DNA of 63,851 nucleotides, filler included, from Octopus bimaculoides (GCF_001194135.2; 8 parts of 7 records of this genome joined end to end with filler, not necessarily neighbours in it), one strand, 5' to 3'; shown: positions 1-11,938, numbered from the whole stretch's first letter. Numbers and translations are program-made. The notes: a model not told the origin generated them from the letters alone.

Positions 1-414
1 GCCACCATTAAAACTCCGGCGTTTCGAAGAATTAAGGCAGTACGCATCGTTAAAATGGTTCTTCCCACGAACACAAATTAAATTGTTTTCGTGGAGGGTA
101 GTGGCAGACGGAAAACAAGACAGGAAAACGAAACGGTGAAATAAACAAACAAAAGGCTGTACAGCCAGACGTGAAGTGTGTATGTCTCGAACGCTCTGAA
201 GCACGTACAGGAGGGGCAAAGAAGTACGTGCGAGCATGGTGATTCCAAGAACGGAAAGAAAAAGCAGCCGCACACATGTGACCAAGGCTGTATGAAGAGA
301 AAGAGTAGCAGAGGGAAAAGGAGGGGAGGAAGTAGAATAAAAGTGAGCAACGAGAGGTAGAGAAAGAGAGAGAGATATGGTAGTGATCATTATAAATTTA
401 GTTTAAAGCAATAC

Positions 415-549
415 CTACATCATTAAATGGGTTTCCAGAACGGTATCCACCATAGCTTTCTCTTGAGACAGGATCAGGCTGATATCTTTGATTTCCACCT
501 CTAAGGAAAGGATTGCCACTTGAAACGCCAGAATCTTGTTCATACATTC
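415..549 (-). CDS. Internal coding exon (135 nt, phase 1-1) of an unidentified gene; peptide (G)MYEQDSGVSSGNPFLRGGNQRYQPDPVSRESYGGYRSGNPFNDV(G)
   Basis: Minus-strand acceptor atattttcAG| and donor |GTattg; length divisible by 3; open in the phase-1 frame; contains two SGNPF motifs; phase-compatible with exon 7141-7212. Confidence 0.75.
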   Translation of the reverse strand, partial: ECMNKILAFQVAILSLEVEIKDISLILSQEKAMVDTVLETHLMM

Positions 550-716
550 CTGAAAATATATTTCACCATTGGATAGGTAGAGGCTTACTTATATATTGTT
601 TTGATTTAACTCGTTACGTAAAACAAACGAGTAGAAAGTCATTCAATCTGAACAACCCTGAACCGTACAAAATATTTAATGGTATTCTCAGTTTGTATAT
701 ATATATAGGAGATATA

Positions 717-920
717 CAGTAATCCCTTGCAAAATTGTGGTTCACCTATCGTGCACGCAGTACATTACGGATTTTCTTTGCTAATATATGTAAATTTATA
801 TCGCGGACTCCTCAGTATATTGCGGGTTTCTGCGGCCGATAGGTATTTATATTTTTTTAGATTTTAATTATTTCTGAGAGGTTTTGGAACGTAACTCCTG
901 CGATAGTCGAAGGATTACTG
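717..920. mobile_element. Tigger/pogo-like Tc1-mariner MITE (~204 bp)
   Basis: TA|CAGTAATCCCT ... AGGATTACTG|TA: terminal inverted repeats with CAGT ends and a TA duplication. Confidence 0.75.
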
Positions 921-1694
921 TAGCACACTTCAGAGAACTGGAAATATTTTTACTAATATGCTGCTATCTTTAAGAGATAAGAACAATTTGTTATTTAGAA
1001 ATACATCGATAGAAATAGTTTAGTAAAATGTAAATAATCATAAAAATGAACAATAAACAAAAACGCTTAATACCTAACATTGGTTAGAATCTCAAATCAT
1101 AAATTCATTTCGACATGAACGTTTGTTCATTTGTGTGTGTTTGCGCGCGTGTGGGTGGATGGGTGTTTGTGTGCTTATATATCTTTTTTCTACTCTAGGC
1201 ACAAAGCCCGAAATTTTGAGGGAGAGGGCAAGTCGATTAGATCGACCCCAGTACGCAACTGGTACTTAATTTATCGACCCCAAAAGGATGAGCGGCAAAG
1301 TCGACCTCTGTGTATTTATATGTCACCGAAGAACTAAGCAGATAATGAAATAAATATACAACCTATAGGATATTTTCTCAAAATAATATAATCTACTTAC
1401 TAAATTTAATTCGGTTCTGTTTTGTAATGTGGATACTTTAATTACACTGCTTGACTTACTTAATATGTATATGTATAACATATTAAAATCCATAAAAAAA
1501 TTTAAACCAACGATATATATACTCCAAAACGTTTCTGTAATGCATGGTTTAATTTACTGTATCGATAATATATCCTTAATCCTTTCCAATTATGTATAGT
1601 TATTCATCGTCCTGTTTATCCTCTTATGCCTAAAGAATTATACTTACACTTTTATTATTCGTTATTACTATTTGAACATGTACGTTTATATGTA

Positions 1695-3209
1695 CAGTGG
1701 GGNNNNNNNNNNGGGGAAATAAATATTCGTACATGTCAAAATTCTTTATTTATTTACTTTCTAATGAAAATAAATGAGATATATCAATACTATATTTGCA
1801 TAAACATGCATAAACTAAGAATATGCAAAAGAAACTAATAAATTATAGTAACTAATGAATTTATATACAATTATAAATATTTAGGGATGAAAAAAGTATT
1901 CGTACAGAATACATTTATGATTTTCTATGCCGCAAAATACTGTTAAAATAATTTTTTTCTACTAGAACTTTCTCGTTTGTTCCAATAATCTTATCAGTAG
2001 TCATTTTTAAGTGTCAAAACGCTAGCTTCTTCGTTCAGCACTGAGACAACATAAAGTAGTGTCGTAATAATGNNNNNNNNNNNNNNNNNNNNNNNNNNNN
2101 NNNNNNNNNNNNNNNNNNNNNNNNNNNNNNNNNNNNNNNNNNNNNNNNNNNNNNNNNNNNNNNNNNNNNNNNNNNNNNNNNNNNNNNNNNNNNNNNNNNN
2201 NNNNNNNNNNNNNNNNNNNNNNNNNNNNNNNNNNNNNNNNNNNNNNNNNNNNNNNNNNNNNNNNNNNNNNNNNNNNNNNNNNNNNNNNNNNNNNNNNNNN
2301 NNNNNNNNNNNNNNNNNNNNNNNNNNNNNNNNNNNNNNNNNNNNNNNNNNNNNNNNNNNNNNNNNNNNNNNNNNNNNNNNNNNNNNNNNNNNNNNNNNNN
2401 NNNNNNNNNNNNNNNNNNNNNNNNNNNNNNNNNNNNNNNNNNNNNNNNNNNNNNNNNNNNNNNNNNNNNNNNNNNNNNNNNNNNNNNNNNNNNNNNNNNN
2501 NNNNNNNNNNNNNNNNNNNNNNNNNNNNNNNNNNNNNNNNNNNNNNNNNNNNNNNNNNNNNNNNNNNNNNNNNNNNNNNNNNNNNNNNNNNNNNNNNNNN
2601 NNNNNNNNNNNNNNNNNNNNNNNNNNNNNNNNNNNNNNNNNNNNNNNNNNNNNNNNNNNNNNNNNNNNNNNNNNNNNNNNNNNNNNNNNNNNNNNNNNNN
2701 NNNNNNNNNNNNNNNNNNNNNNNNNNNNNNNNAATAGATTGTCGATCACAATACAAAATTATTAGAATGGCCAAGCCAGTCACCTGACTTGAACCCCATT
2801 GAAAATTTGTGGCGTTATTGGAAAATGAAAATTCATTCAAGAGCCCCAACATGCATTCCAGATTTGAAGAAAATTTGTCAAGAAGAATGGGAAAAAATTC
2901 CTAAAAAAACATGCCAGTCATTGATTAAGAACTACAAGAAGAGATTGGTTGAAGTGGAACTGAATAATGGTTATGCTACGAAGTATTAAATCAGAATTAT
3001 CGGTTATTTATGTTCTGTACGAATACTTTTTTCACCCCTAGATATTTATGATTGAATATAAATTCCTTAGTTACTATAATTTATTAGTTTCTTTTGCATA
3101 TTCTTAGTTTATGCATGTGTATGTAAATATAGTATCGGTATATCACATTTATGTTCATCAGAAATTAAATAAAGAATTTTGACATGTACGAATATTATTT
3201 CCCCCACTG
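1695..3209 (+). mobile_element. Tc1-family DNA transposon with long IR/DR terminal repeats
   Basis: TA|CAGTGGGG(G)AAATAA... at 1695 and its reverse complement ending ...CCCCCACTG|TA at 3209. The ~200-bp TIRs (1695-~1910, ~3012-3209) each carry outer and inner GGGRWRAAAW(A)GTATTCGTACA-like direct repeats. A transposase C-terminus follows an N gap. Confidence 0.92.
2738..2989 (+). pseudogene. Tc1 DD34E transposase C-terminal remnant
   Basis: [29 protein letters not shown]...GYATKY*, containing the classic [15 protein letters not shown] motif. An in-frame TAG at 2735-2737 sits where Trp is expected; the rest is in the gap 2073-2732. Confidence 0.88.
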
Positions 3210-3966
3210 TATGTACTTATGTAAATGTGAATGTATGTATGTGTTTATGTATATATGGGGGAAAGTTAGGACAAGTGGTGGAAAACTGTATAAAATACAA
3301 GCGACAAACAAGGGAAAACAAACAGATGTAAACACAGCAGAGAGAAAAGAAGAAAGGGAGGGAGCGAGATTTTCATTTGGTATATCCATTCATCCGTGTA
3401 TGGGAGAAAGCAAAACTGGAGAACTGAAGATAATTTTTCGAGTTACTCAAAAATTCATGTTCATAAATTAAATTATAAGTTATTCATATTTTTTCTAAAA
3501 GAAGAAACAGGCTTTCTTTTCTTTTTTGTTTTTTGTTTTTTTGTTTGTACTTCATCAGTAGTACGCTTGTTCAGAGTAACAGTCTATTCATGACATAATT
3601 TAAAAGTAGTATTTAGCTGGTGCATTTATTTTAAATCAGGAAGAAAAAAATCAAGTTAAATGAGAAAGCGGTAAAGAAAGAGGGAAAATCATACACATTT
3701 TTTATTGAGAGAAGGGAAGAGATAAAATAAATTTTCAAGTATTCAATTCATATTTCTCCACTAAAGTTTACATTCAGGCGATAAGGGAATATTCCTGTTT
3801 TAATCTTTTTTTCTCTTCGTGCTTTCCATTTTTGCAAAGACTTGAGGATTAGAGTATTCGGCTCACGATCGCCAGGTCGTGAGTTCAATTCCCGGCTTTG
3901 CATTGTGTCCTTCTAGGAAGACACTTTATTTCACGTTGCTCCATCCATTCAGCTAGCAAAAATAAG

Positions 3967-4781
3967 GGATCTTTTCCTTTTCATGGGCAGCTCGATTAAT
4001 TAATTTCCTTTAACTAAACACTTTGAAACTTCGTATACTGGTAGAATGTATCATATAGAACATCTTTTACTCTTAGCGTTGTTGAGAAAAGTTTCTATTT
4101 ACGAAGTTATTTCGTGTTAAAGTTGTCGTATTTCGGTAATTTCAACCAATCAGTGACGCCTATTCACCTGAATAAAATTACTGCTGTTGTTTGTCAACAA
4201 CTATCGGCGGTGTATATTTCGTTTGTTACTGTTACTTATGACATCGTTCGTGTGTTTGTACTGGTTTTAGCTTTAGGGTAGTATGGTTTGGGTTAAGGTT
4301 TCAGGATTAGGGTTTTAAGATTAGGGTTTTAGGGTTAGCGTTTTAGGGTTAAGGTTAGGGTTAGGGTTAGGGTTTTAGGATTAGGGTTAGGGTTTTAGGG
4401 TTAGGGTTAGGGTTAGAGTTGCGGAAAAAAGTGAAAATGAAGAAATTGGAGTGTGGGTAAGGGGGCCAAAAATACGAACGTAACTGAGATGAATATGTCA
4501 TAAATAACAGTGACAAACGAAATATACACCGCCAGAAGTTGTTGACAAACAACAGCAGTAATTTTATTCAGTAATTTTATTCAGCTGAATACACGTCAAT
4601 GATTGGTTGAAATTACCGAAATACGACAACTTTAACACGAAATAACTTCGTAAATAGAAACTTTTCTCAACAACGCTAAGAGTAAAAGATGTTCTATATG
4701 ACACATTCTACCAGTATCCGAAGTTTCAAAATATTTAGTTAAAGAAAATTAATCGAGCTGCCCATGAAAAGGAAAAGATCC
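3967..4781. mobile_element. Non-autonomous fold-back element/MITE with ~290-bp TIRs, 8-bp TSD and an internal telomeric-repeat array, inserted into a SINE
   Basis: GGATCTTTTCCTTTTCATGGGCAGCTCG... / ...CGAGCTGCCCATGAAAAGGAAAAGATCC; AAAATAAG duplicated at 3959-3966 and 4782-4789; SINE sequence (3850-3966) resumes at 4790 (tagtacttgtatttcaaag). Confidence 0.88.
4265..4420 (+). repeat. Interstitial (TTAGGG)n-like array, partly degenerate (TTTTAGGG, TTAGGA variants)
   Basis: Read directly from the sequence; lies in the loop of the fold-back element. Confidence 0.9.
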
Positions 4782-6376
4782 AAAATAAGTAGTACTTGTA
4801 TTTCAAAGTATCAGCCTTGAGTGTCTTGTGAAAGTGAAGAGCGTGCACACATCCATGTTGTTTCCATGTCGCTTTTTGATGACGATTTTTCTTTTCTTTC
4901 CACACGCCTCCACTATTGCCATGCGTTTGAATTTTTCAATTATGCTGTTTGCTACATTATTTATTTTTCGTAAGGGCTATGTTTTAATTAGTTATGCATT
5001 TATTCATGTTAGTAATAGAAGCAAGCGAAGAAATGAAAAAATATCGGTTTAATATTTGTTGCTGGTAGAATCGTTAGCACACCGGGCAAAATGCTTAGCG
5101 GCATTTCGTTTGTCTTTATGTTCTGGGTTCGAATGCCACTGAAGTCGACTTTAACTTTCATCTCTTCGATAAAATAAGCACAAATTGATCACCCGAAATT
5201 GCTGGCCTTGTACCAAAATCAGAAACTAATATTAGTTAAACATAAGTAATGATCCGATTAAAGTTATATGTTTTTGGCATTCTAGGCCAAACCAGAAAGC
5301 ACCATGTGAATTGACAATTTTTCTTTAATCAAAACAATTGCTGTTGGCCAATTTAACACATAAATACTAATGTAGATAGGTGGTATTTCGTTATGCAATC
5401 ACAATAAACTACGAGCGAGACCCATGAATATTTCACAGAATTAATGGTAAACCTATTGGGTTATTTATGAAGACTTTATCCAAAAAACCACAGTGTAGCG
5501 TGTGTTGTGTCTGTATGGAAAGATAGCCGCTCATCTGCTATTCATTGAAAAGGGAAAGAAATTGGAATACGATGATTACTTAATGCACTTTATATATATA
5601 CACTTTATATATATACACTTTATATACTATATGCACAATTTTATAGACTTAATATATAGCACTCATAAAATTAATATTTACTCTTATTTTTCCATTTTCC
5701 CCATAGACAAATAAGAATATTCCGTACATATGATACAACCTTTAGTTAAATTGTATATATCTGCCACATAAATAAGCGTGAATATTTAACGGAATTGCAC
5801 TTATGCGTTAAGTGATAGATGTTATAAAAAAACTTGGTTCAATTTTTTTTAAATGCACTTTTACTATCCAGTTACCAACACCACCACTACCATCATCTCC
5901 CTCTCTCCCTCCTCTCTCTCCTCCCTCCCTCCTCTCTCTCCTCCCTCCCTCTATGCCCACAACATAAGAAACATCACCCCTCTACTGAAATTATATTTTT
6001 AACTCGCTTCGTCTATCTTCAACTAACTTTTTTAACTACGTAATAAATATTACGTTCTCCCTAGCTCGAGTCATGGACGCCTCTCTCTACCTCTTTTTCT
6101 TTCTCCCTCTTCCTGTCTCACTCTTCGCCTTATCCTCTTTTTCTCTCTCCCTTTTCTTTCTACTCTCTTACCCCTCGACTAATCGCATGAAATCGTTACA
6201 ATTACATTCTCTCTACCTCACGCCATAGATGCTTCTCTCCCTCTTTTCTCCCTCCTTCTTTTCTCCCTCCCTCTTTTTCTCTTTCCTTCTTTTCTTTTTT
6301 CCTCTTTATCTCTAATCACGTGAAAGCGTTACCGACAGGCTAAGTAACACAATGACAAGCAGAATTATTATAAGGT

Positions 6377-6933
6377 TAAGTATATTAAACGTTTTTATAA
6401 TTCAATACCGCGTTCTACTGCGTTAGCAGTGCGCTTTTACATTACTTGTTAAGGTTATCTCTACAAATATTCTATAGCAATTATGGCCAGCACTGATTTT
6501 TGCTGCGACGTTTCGTAAAAGAGGCATCAGATGTAAGCAAACAATGAGATCGAAGATGAGAAAAGAGTAATGGGTGTATATGCCGTTTTCAGTGGGTTTT
6601 GCCCCTTCTTCAGCACCAATCCAACCCCTTAATCATTCTCGAACTCATTCTTTGAGTTGCCACTGTATACAGTGGAGTTTGGTTGCTAGATATATCAATT
6701 TACATATTAAACGCATTCCTGGGAGCTGGAACGTAAATACTAATGACTTGTAGGTACTTCGGTATTTCGTTATGCAACCATAATATATGATAAAGTATGT
6801 TAAACGTTTTTATAAGTCAATACCGCGTTCTACTGCGTTAACTGTACGCTTTTACATTACTTGTTAAGGTTATCTCTATAGTGCTGGCTATAATTTCTAT
6901 AGAATATCTGTAGAAATAACCTTAACAAGTAAT
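6377..6933. repeat. ~120-bp local duplication whose second copy ends in a fold-back inversion
   Basis: 6377-6494 matches 6792-6878; 6879-6933 is the reverse complement of 6441-6494-type sequence. Confidence 0.8.
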
Positions 6934-7140
6934 TGAGATATAAAGTTTAGAATCACAAAAAAATTTTGGAAGATGTAAAATAGAAACAAAATGCTAGATA
7001 TATAGTTCACCAAGTAGAGCTTCAGAAAATAGTTGATGGAATCGTTGTAAAAACTAGAATTTAAAAAAGATTTTGTTGTAATTTTGTTCTCACTCACCAC
7101 CATTTAATGAATTCTCTTATTGTATTTTTGAAAAACTTAC

Positions 7141-7212
7141 CTGGCGATTTAGGCCTCGGAGTCAAAAACTGAGGATTTTCTGTAGCGCCGTAAAAGCCAG
7201 ACTGAGTAGTAC
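7141..7212 (-). CDS. Internal coding exon (72 nt, phase 1-1); peptide xTTQSGFYGATENPQFLTPRPKSP(G)
   Basis: Consensus splice sites tttgttttgcAG|G and CAG|GTAAGT; only the phase-1 frame is open; splices in frame to 415-549. Confidence 0.78.
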
Positions 7213-7901
7213 CTGCAAAACAAATTTTAGTTTGTGTTTTTAGTTAAAGTTTTTCACATCTATCTATTAAAATTGAATGAAGACATTATAACGGTTGGGG
7301 CAATTTTCTTTGTATTTGGTCGATTAGAGACTAACTAGAACTACCACGAGAAATTATGAATTATATGTCCAGGATACTTAAATATTTCAAATTATACATC
7401 ACAAATGAATATTATTTTAAGACTCCATCTGAACGAAAAACAATAGTTAATCTAGTGCTAATATACTGAATGGTATGAGCATCAAAAAGATCAATTTAAA
7501 ATAATTGTGAGGTGAAAAATAGACAATATTTTCTCAATGGAAAATATTCTAATCATATTGCCAAGTATGAAAGGGACGACACATGAACATGGACAATAGG
7601 ATCTCACTTTAACAACAATTTTATCAAGCTTAAGTTTCTATTGTTTGGGTCCCCGAATGATACGGTATTCTGGTAAACGCTAAGATATAACCCACTCCAA
7701 AACAAGAACATCATTTATACATAGATGACATCCGGATATCACCCAGGTCAACTCTAATTTTCATCCTTTCGGGGTCGATAAGATAAGTATCACTTGAGGA
7801 CTGTGATACTCAAGTGATGTAATTGTAATTGACAAGCACCCTCCTCCAAAATTTCAGGCCTTGTGCCTGCAGCAGAAATTATTATTATTATTATTATTAT
7901 T

Positions 7902-8243
7902 CAGTAGTTTTATTTTTATAACGTGCTTTCACTTCACTACCGAGCGCAGCTCTGTGCGCCTTGGGTATGTGCTGTGGTTTGCTGTGGTGCTCTTATGTTT
8001 ACTGTATTGAAAGTGTTTTGCGTAGAATGTGTGCAGTACCCAGTAGTGCAATTTTCTGTATGTTATATATATTTGTAAGTCCTGGTGTTTTTGTTATGTA
8101 TTTGTCTGAATATTTTTTTATTATACCTAAGGCACCTACTATGATAGGAATTGTTTCTGTTTTTAGATTCCACATTCGAGTTATCTCTATTTCCAGGTCT
8201 TTGTATTTTGAAAGTTTTTCCATTTCTTTTAGAGAAACGTTGT
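7902..8243 (-). mobile_element. 3' fragment of an R4/Dong-like RLE non-LTR retrotransposon
   Basis: ORF 7999-8223 KYKDLEIEITRMW...TIPIIVGALG...KIALLGTAHILRKTL is the restriction-like endonuclease C-terminus; the 3' end abuts (ATT)n at 7878-7901. Confidence 0.85.
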
Positions 8244-8343
8244 NNNNNNNNNNNNNNNNNNNNNNNNNNNNNNNNNNNNNNNNNNNNTTAATTAATTAAN
8301 NNNNNNNNNNNNNNNNNNNNNNNNNNNNNNNNNNNNNNNNNNN
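8244..8343. other. Artificial 100-nt assembly spacer (44N-TTAATTAATTAA-44N); identical spacers at 25126-25225, 38344-38443, 48377-48476, 53644-53743, 60614-60713, 62366-62465
   Basis: Identical geometry seven times; TTAATTAATTAA places stops in all six frames. Confidence 0.95.
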
Positions 8344-9637
8344 ATAGACACACATAGAGATGTGCACAAAACCAGTTCCAAAAATCAGTGAACCATGGCA
8401 GACTAGCTCACAGACCAACCAAAAATCAAAAAAATCCCTTTTAACTCTTCCTTCCTCCCACCCCAGCTAGCCAGTCATATTGTCTCAATACATTCCCTCA
8501 ATACACACAAGAGAAAAAAGCTAGGTCAGTTCCTCCTCAACTTTTTGCGAACTCTTAAATATATTTCCTGGGTATATATATACATATTTTACCAAATCCT
8601 TTTTGTTATAACAACGTTGTAAACTGTTTCAAACATATTCTTATTATTATTACCAAAGAATGTATATATGTATTTTGATACTTAAACTGTTTCTAACATG
8701 TTCTATTATTATCAAAGATTATGTATATGATTTTAACATTTTCATCTTATTATCAGAGAATGTGTGATAATCAGTATGTAACACTACAAAGCTCATACAA
8801 AGCTTTATACTTTAAATATATTCCTCTTATTATCATCAAAGAATGTATATATGCACTTTAATACTCAAACTGTTTTTTAACATTTTCTACTATTCTCAAA
8901 GACTTTCGATAGACTTTTGATAATCTTTTTCTAAAAAAGCGAAATAAATAAATATCTTTAAAATAAGTGCATTTTCAAACCTTCTTTCATATATATTTCC
9001 ACTCGTACGGTATTCCACAACTTAACTTTATTATTATTATATATATATATATATNNNNNNNNNNNNNNNNNNNNNNNNNNNNNNNNNNNNNNNNNNNNNN
9101 NNNNNNNNNNNNNNNNNNNNNNNNNNNNNNNNNNNNNNNNNNNNNNNNNNNNNNNNNNNNNNNNNNNNNNNNNNNNNNNNNNNNNNNNNNNNNNNNNNNN
9201 NNNNNNNNNNNNNNNNNNNNNNNNNNNNNNNNNNNNNNNNNNNNNNNNNNNNNNNNNNNNNNNNNNNNNNNNNNNNNNNNNNNNNNNNNNNNNNNNNNNN
9301 NNNNNNNNNNNNNNNNNNNNNNNNNNNNNNNNNNNNNNNNNNNNNNNNNNNNNNNNNNNNNNNNNNNNNNNNNNNNNNNNNNNNNNNNNNNNNNNNNNNN
9401 NNNNNNNNNNNNNNNNNNNNNNNNNNNNNNNNNNNNNNNNNNNNNNNNNNNNNNNNNNNNNNNNNNNNNNNNNNNNNNNNNNNNNNNNNNNNNNNNNNNN
9501 NNNNNNNNNNNNNNNNNNNNNNNNNNNNNNNNNNNNNNNNNNNNNNNNNNNNNNNNNNNNNNNNNNNNNNNNNNNNNNNNNNNNNNNNNNNNNNNNNNNN
9601 NNNNNNNNNNNNNNNNNNNNNNNNNNNNNNNNNNNNN

Positions 9638-9680
<43 letters not shown>

Positions 9681-9826
9681 CAACATACGCATGTCCTAAA
9701 TGCTTCCCCTCAAGTATCACGCTCTCATATTTACCAAGTCTCTGATATGAGCCCACACTCATATGCACAGATTTAGAAGTATGTCGACATTGAAATACTA
9801 TAAGAGACGTCTGATTCAACTTTCAG

Positions 9827-11010
9827 ACATTATTTAAAATGGACTGATATGTGTCTTCTCACATTGTTTGTTGTTACCACATCGCTTCATCTAATGTACT
9901 CTCCAGCCTTCATCAGGTGTCCTGGTGGAAATTCGAACCCAACTCTTTTTTTTTACTACTAGGGTACTCTGTCTTCATTACTAAGGTATTCTTTTTCCAG
10001 GTGTTAATTTTTCTGTTGATATTATTTCCCATGTTAGAACTCAGAATCCGAGGGTTAGTAGCCTGCTCTCTTATGCACTACGCTATATACACGTGAGTAA
10101 TTATGGTGTGAAGTTTTGGGTTCATAAACCTAATATGTTATCTTTTCTTAATACCGGTTGTTTCTTAGCCTGATTATTTCTTGCAACAACTACTATACAA
10201 CATACTTTCCACTCTAATTAGGAAGAAGATAGAGGATGAAACCCATAAACTGACTACAGTCTGGCTACCCTAGGTCAAAGGCCTCTCGGAAAAGCTACAA
10301 AAGCCATACGGTCCATATGACATCAAGATAGTATTCAGTAGTAATCCTCCGAGTAAAAGCAACCATTGAAGAGAATATGAACAAAACCTGCGAGTACTCC
10401 ATCCCAAGCAGTTGCGGTAAGTTGAACAAAGGCGAAACATACCGTCACCCACTTAAAATAGGAGTAGAGGAACCCCGTAAGTCTCTGACACGTTGATATA
10501 TTGAAAAATCGGGTGTAACCGATCATGTATGGAAAAACGGAAACTTCCTTCCCCCTGTGTGATGGAAATACGGAAATTGAAAGAGGTCGCACATACGCTA
10601 CGACATAACAACCTCCTAAGGAGACTTAGTGAAGATATAAATGCAATATGGGAAACGGTATAAAGAAAAGGAAGAATATTAAGTCTGTAAACCCCAAAAT
10701 TCATTCTATAGTTGCTCAAGGGCATGTAGCGTAGTAGATAAGACCGCGGAGTACCAATTTCAGATTCAATTTCAGATTCCAATTTCAAACTTGGTATATA
10801 ATATCAACTGAGAAAATAACATCAGGAAAAAGAATACCTTAGGAATGGGAATAGAGTACCCCATTAGTCAGTTAAAGGGTTGGGTTCGAAATTCCACCAA
10901 AACACTTGATGAAGTCTTGAGAGTATATCAGCCTAAACGTGCTGGTAACAAGAAACAGCGTGACGACACCTATCCGTCCATTTTTGATACTGTACACAAT
11001 TCCTCATTTC
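9827..11010 (+). mobile_element. Degenerate Penelope-like element with inverted and direct pseudo-LTR copies
   Basis: GIY-YIG-region remnant (LTTVWLP*VKGLSEKLQK...; CEYSIPSSCGKLNKGET...EKSGVTDHVW) at ~10250-10550; 9827-10025 is the reverse complement of ~10800-11000. Confidence 0.75.
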
Positions 11011-11036
11011 AAAAATATAGAATAGTATCAACTTAC

Positions 11037-11108
11037 AGTTTTGTTAAGGTGGACAGATGTCGGAAGCTTTCTTTTTTGATTTCTTTGATCTTATTAAAGC
11101 TCAAATCC
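11037..11108 (-). CDS. LRR cassette exon A (72 nt, phase 2-2): DLSFNKIKEIKKESFRHLSTLTKL
   Basis: atatttcAG|G...CT|GTAAGT; encodes one typical-class 24-aa LRR. Confidence 0.9.
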
Positions 11109-11720
11109 CTGAAATATAAAATTGAGTTAATAAGGACTCCTGTGGAACAGATGAGACAGAATACTAATTCTAAACAATTAGAAGAGATGGAAATCAGATT
11201 ACAGTTACGGTCAGTTCGATGATGATGATAGTGATAATATTGGAAAGGAAGCGATGGTGTGGAGAATATAGAGGTAGTGTTGATGACGAAGATGTCATGA
11301 TGCTTATCATGGGGTTGATGTTGTTAATGTTGATTATTCTGATAATGATGGGGATTAACAAGTTTTGTTGATAATGAATATGTTATTGAAAATGATGATG
11401 TTGGTAGTGATGTTCTGTTAGCGGTAATGATTGTGTTGAAGTTTGTACGGCTGAAGATGGAGGAGAAAGAGGAAGAAAAAGAGTAGTGGTAGTAGGAGCA
11501 GAAGAAGAAGGTACAAAGGAAGTTGAAGAGGAAAAAGAAAAGTATATGTATAAAAATTAAAGCATGAATTATGTCGTGCTAAATATACATCTACAGGAGA
11601 ATGTCTGGCATGGCGCTCAGCGTTGATTTAGATGCAAGCAACGACCATGATACACAGATTGAGTTACTCACACCTTTTGATATACTCGCGTTCAATCATC
11701 CATACAGAGAAACCGACACA

Positions 11721-11756
<36 letters not shown>

Positions 11757-11938
11757 NNNNNNNNNNNNNNNNNNNNNNNNNNNNNNNNNNNNNNNNNNNN
11801 NNNNNNNNNNNNNNNNNNNNNNNNNNNNNNNNNNNNNNNNNNNNNNNNNNNNNNNNNNNNNNNNNNNNNNNNNNNNNNNNNNNNNNNNNNNNNNNNNNNN
11901 NNNNNNNNNNNNNNNNNNNNNNNNNNNNNNNNNNNNNN

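Noticed and set aside
7608-7669. Candidate 62-nt exon that could link the LRR exons (phase 2) to exon 7141-7212 (phase 1)
   Set aside because: The required phase-2 frame contains TAA.
8288-8299. TTAATTAATTAA palindrome recurring seven times between N runs
   Set aside because: Identical 44N/12/44N geometry and six-frame stops mark it as an assembly linker. It also means adjacency of blocks is unproven.
8600-8900. Degenerate ~55-60-bp repeats (aaagaatgtatatatg...aaactgttt) as a possible CRISPR-like array
   Set aside because: Irregular eukaryotic minisatellite with no unique spacers and no cas genes.
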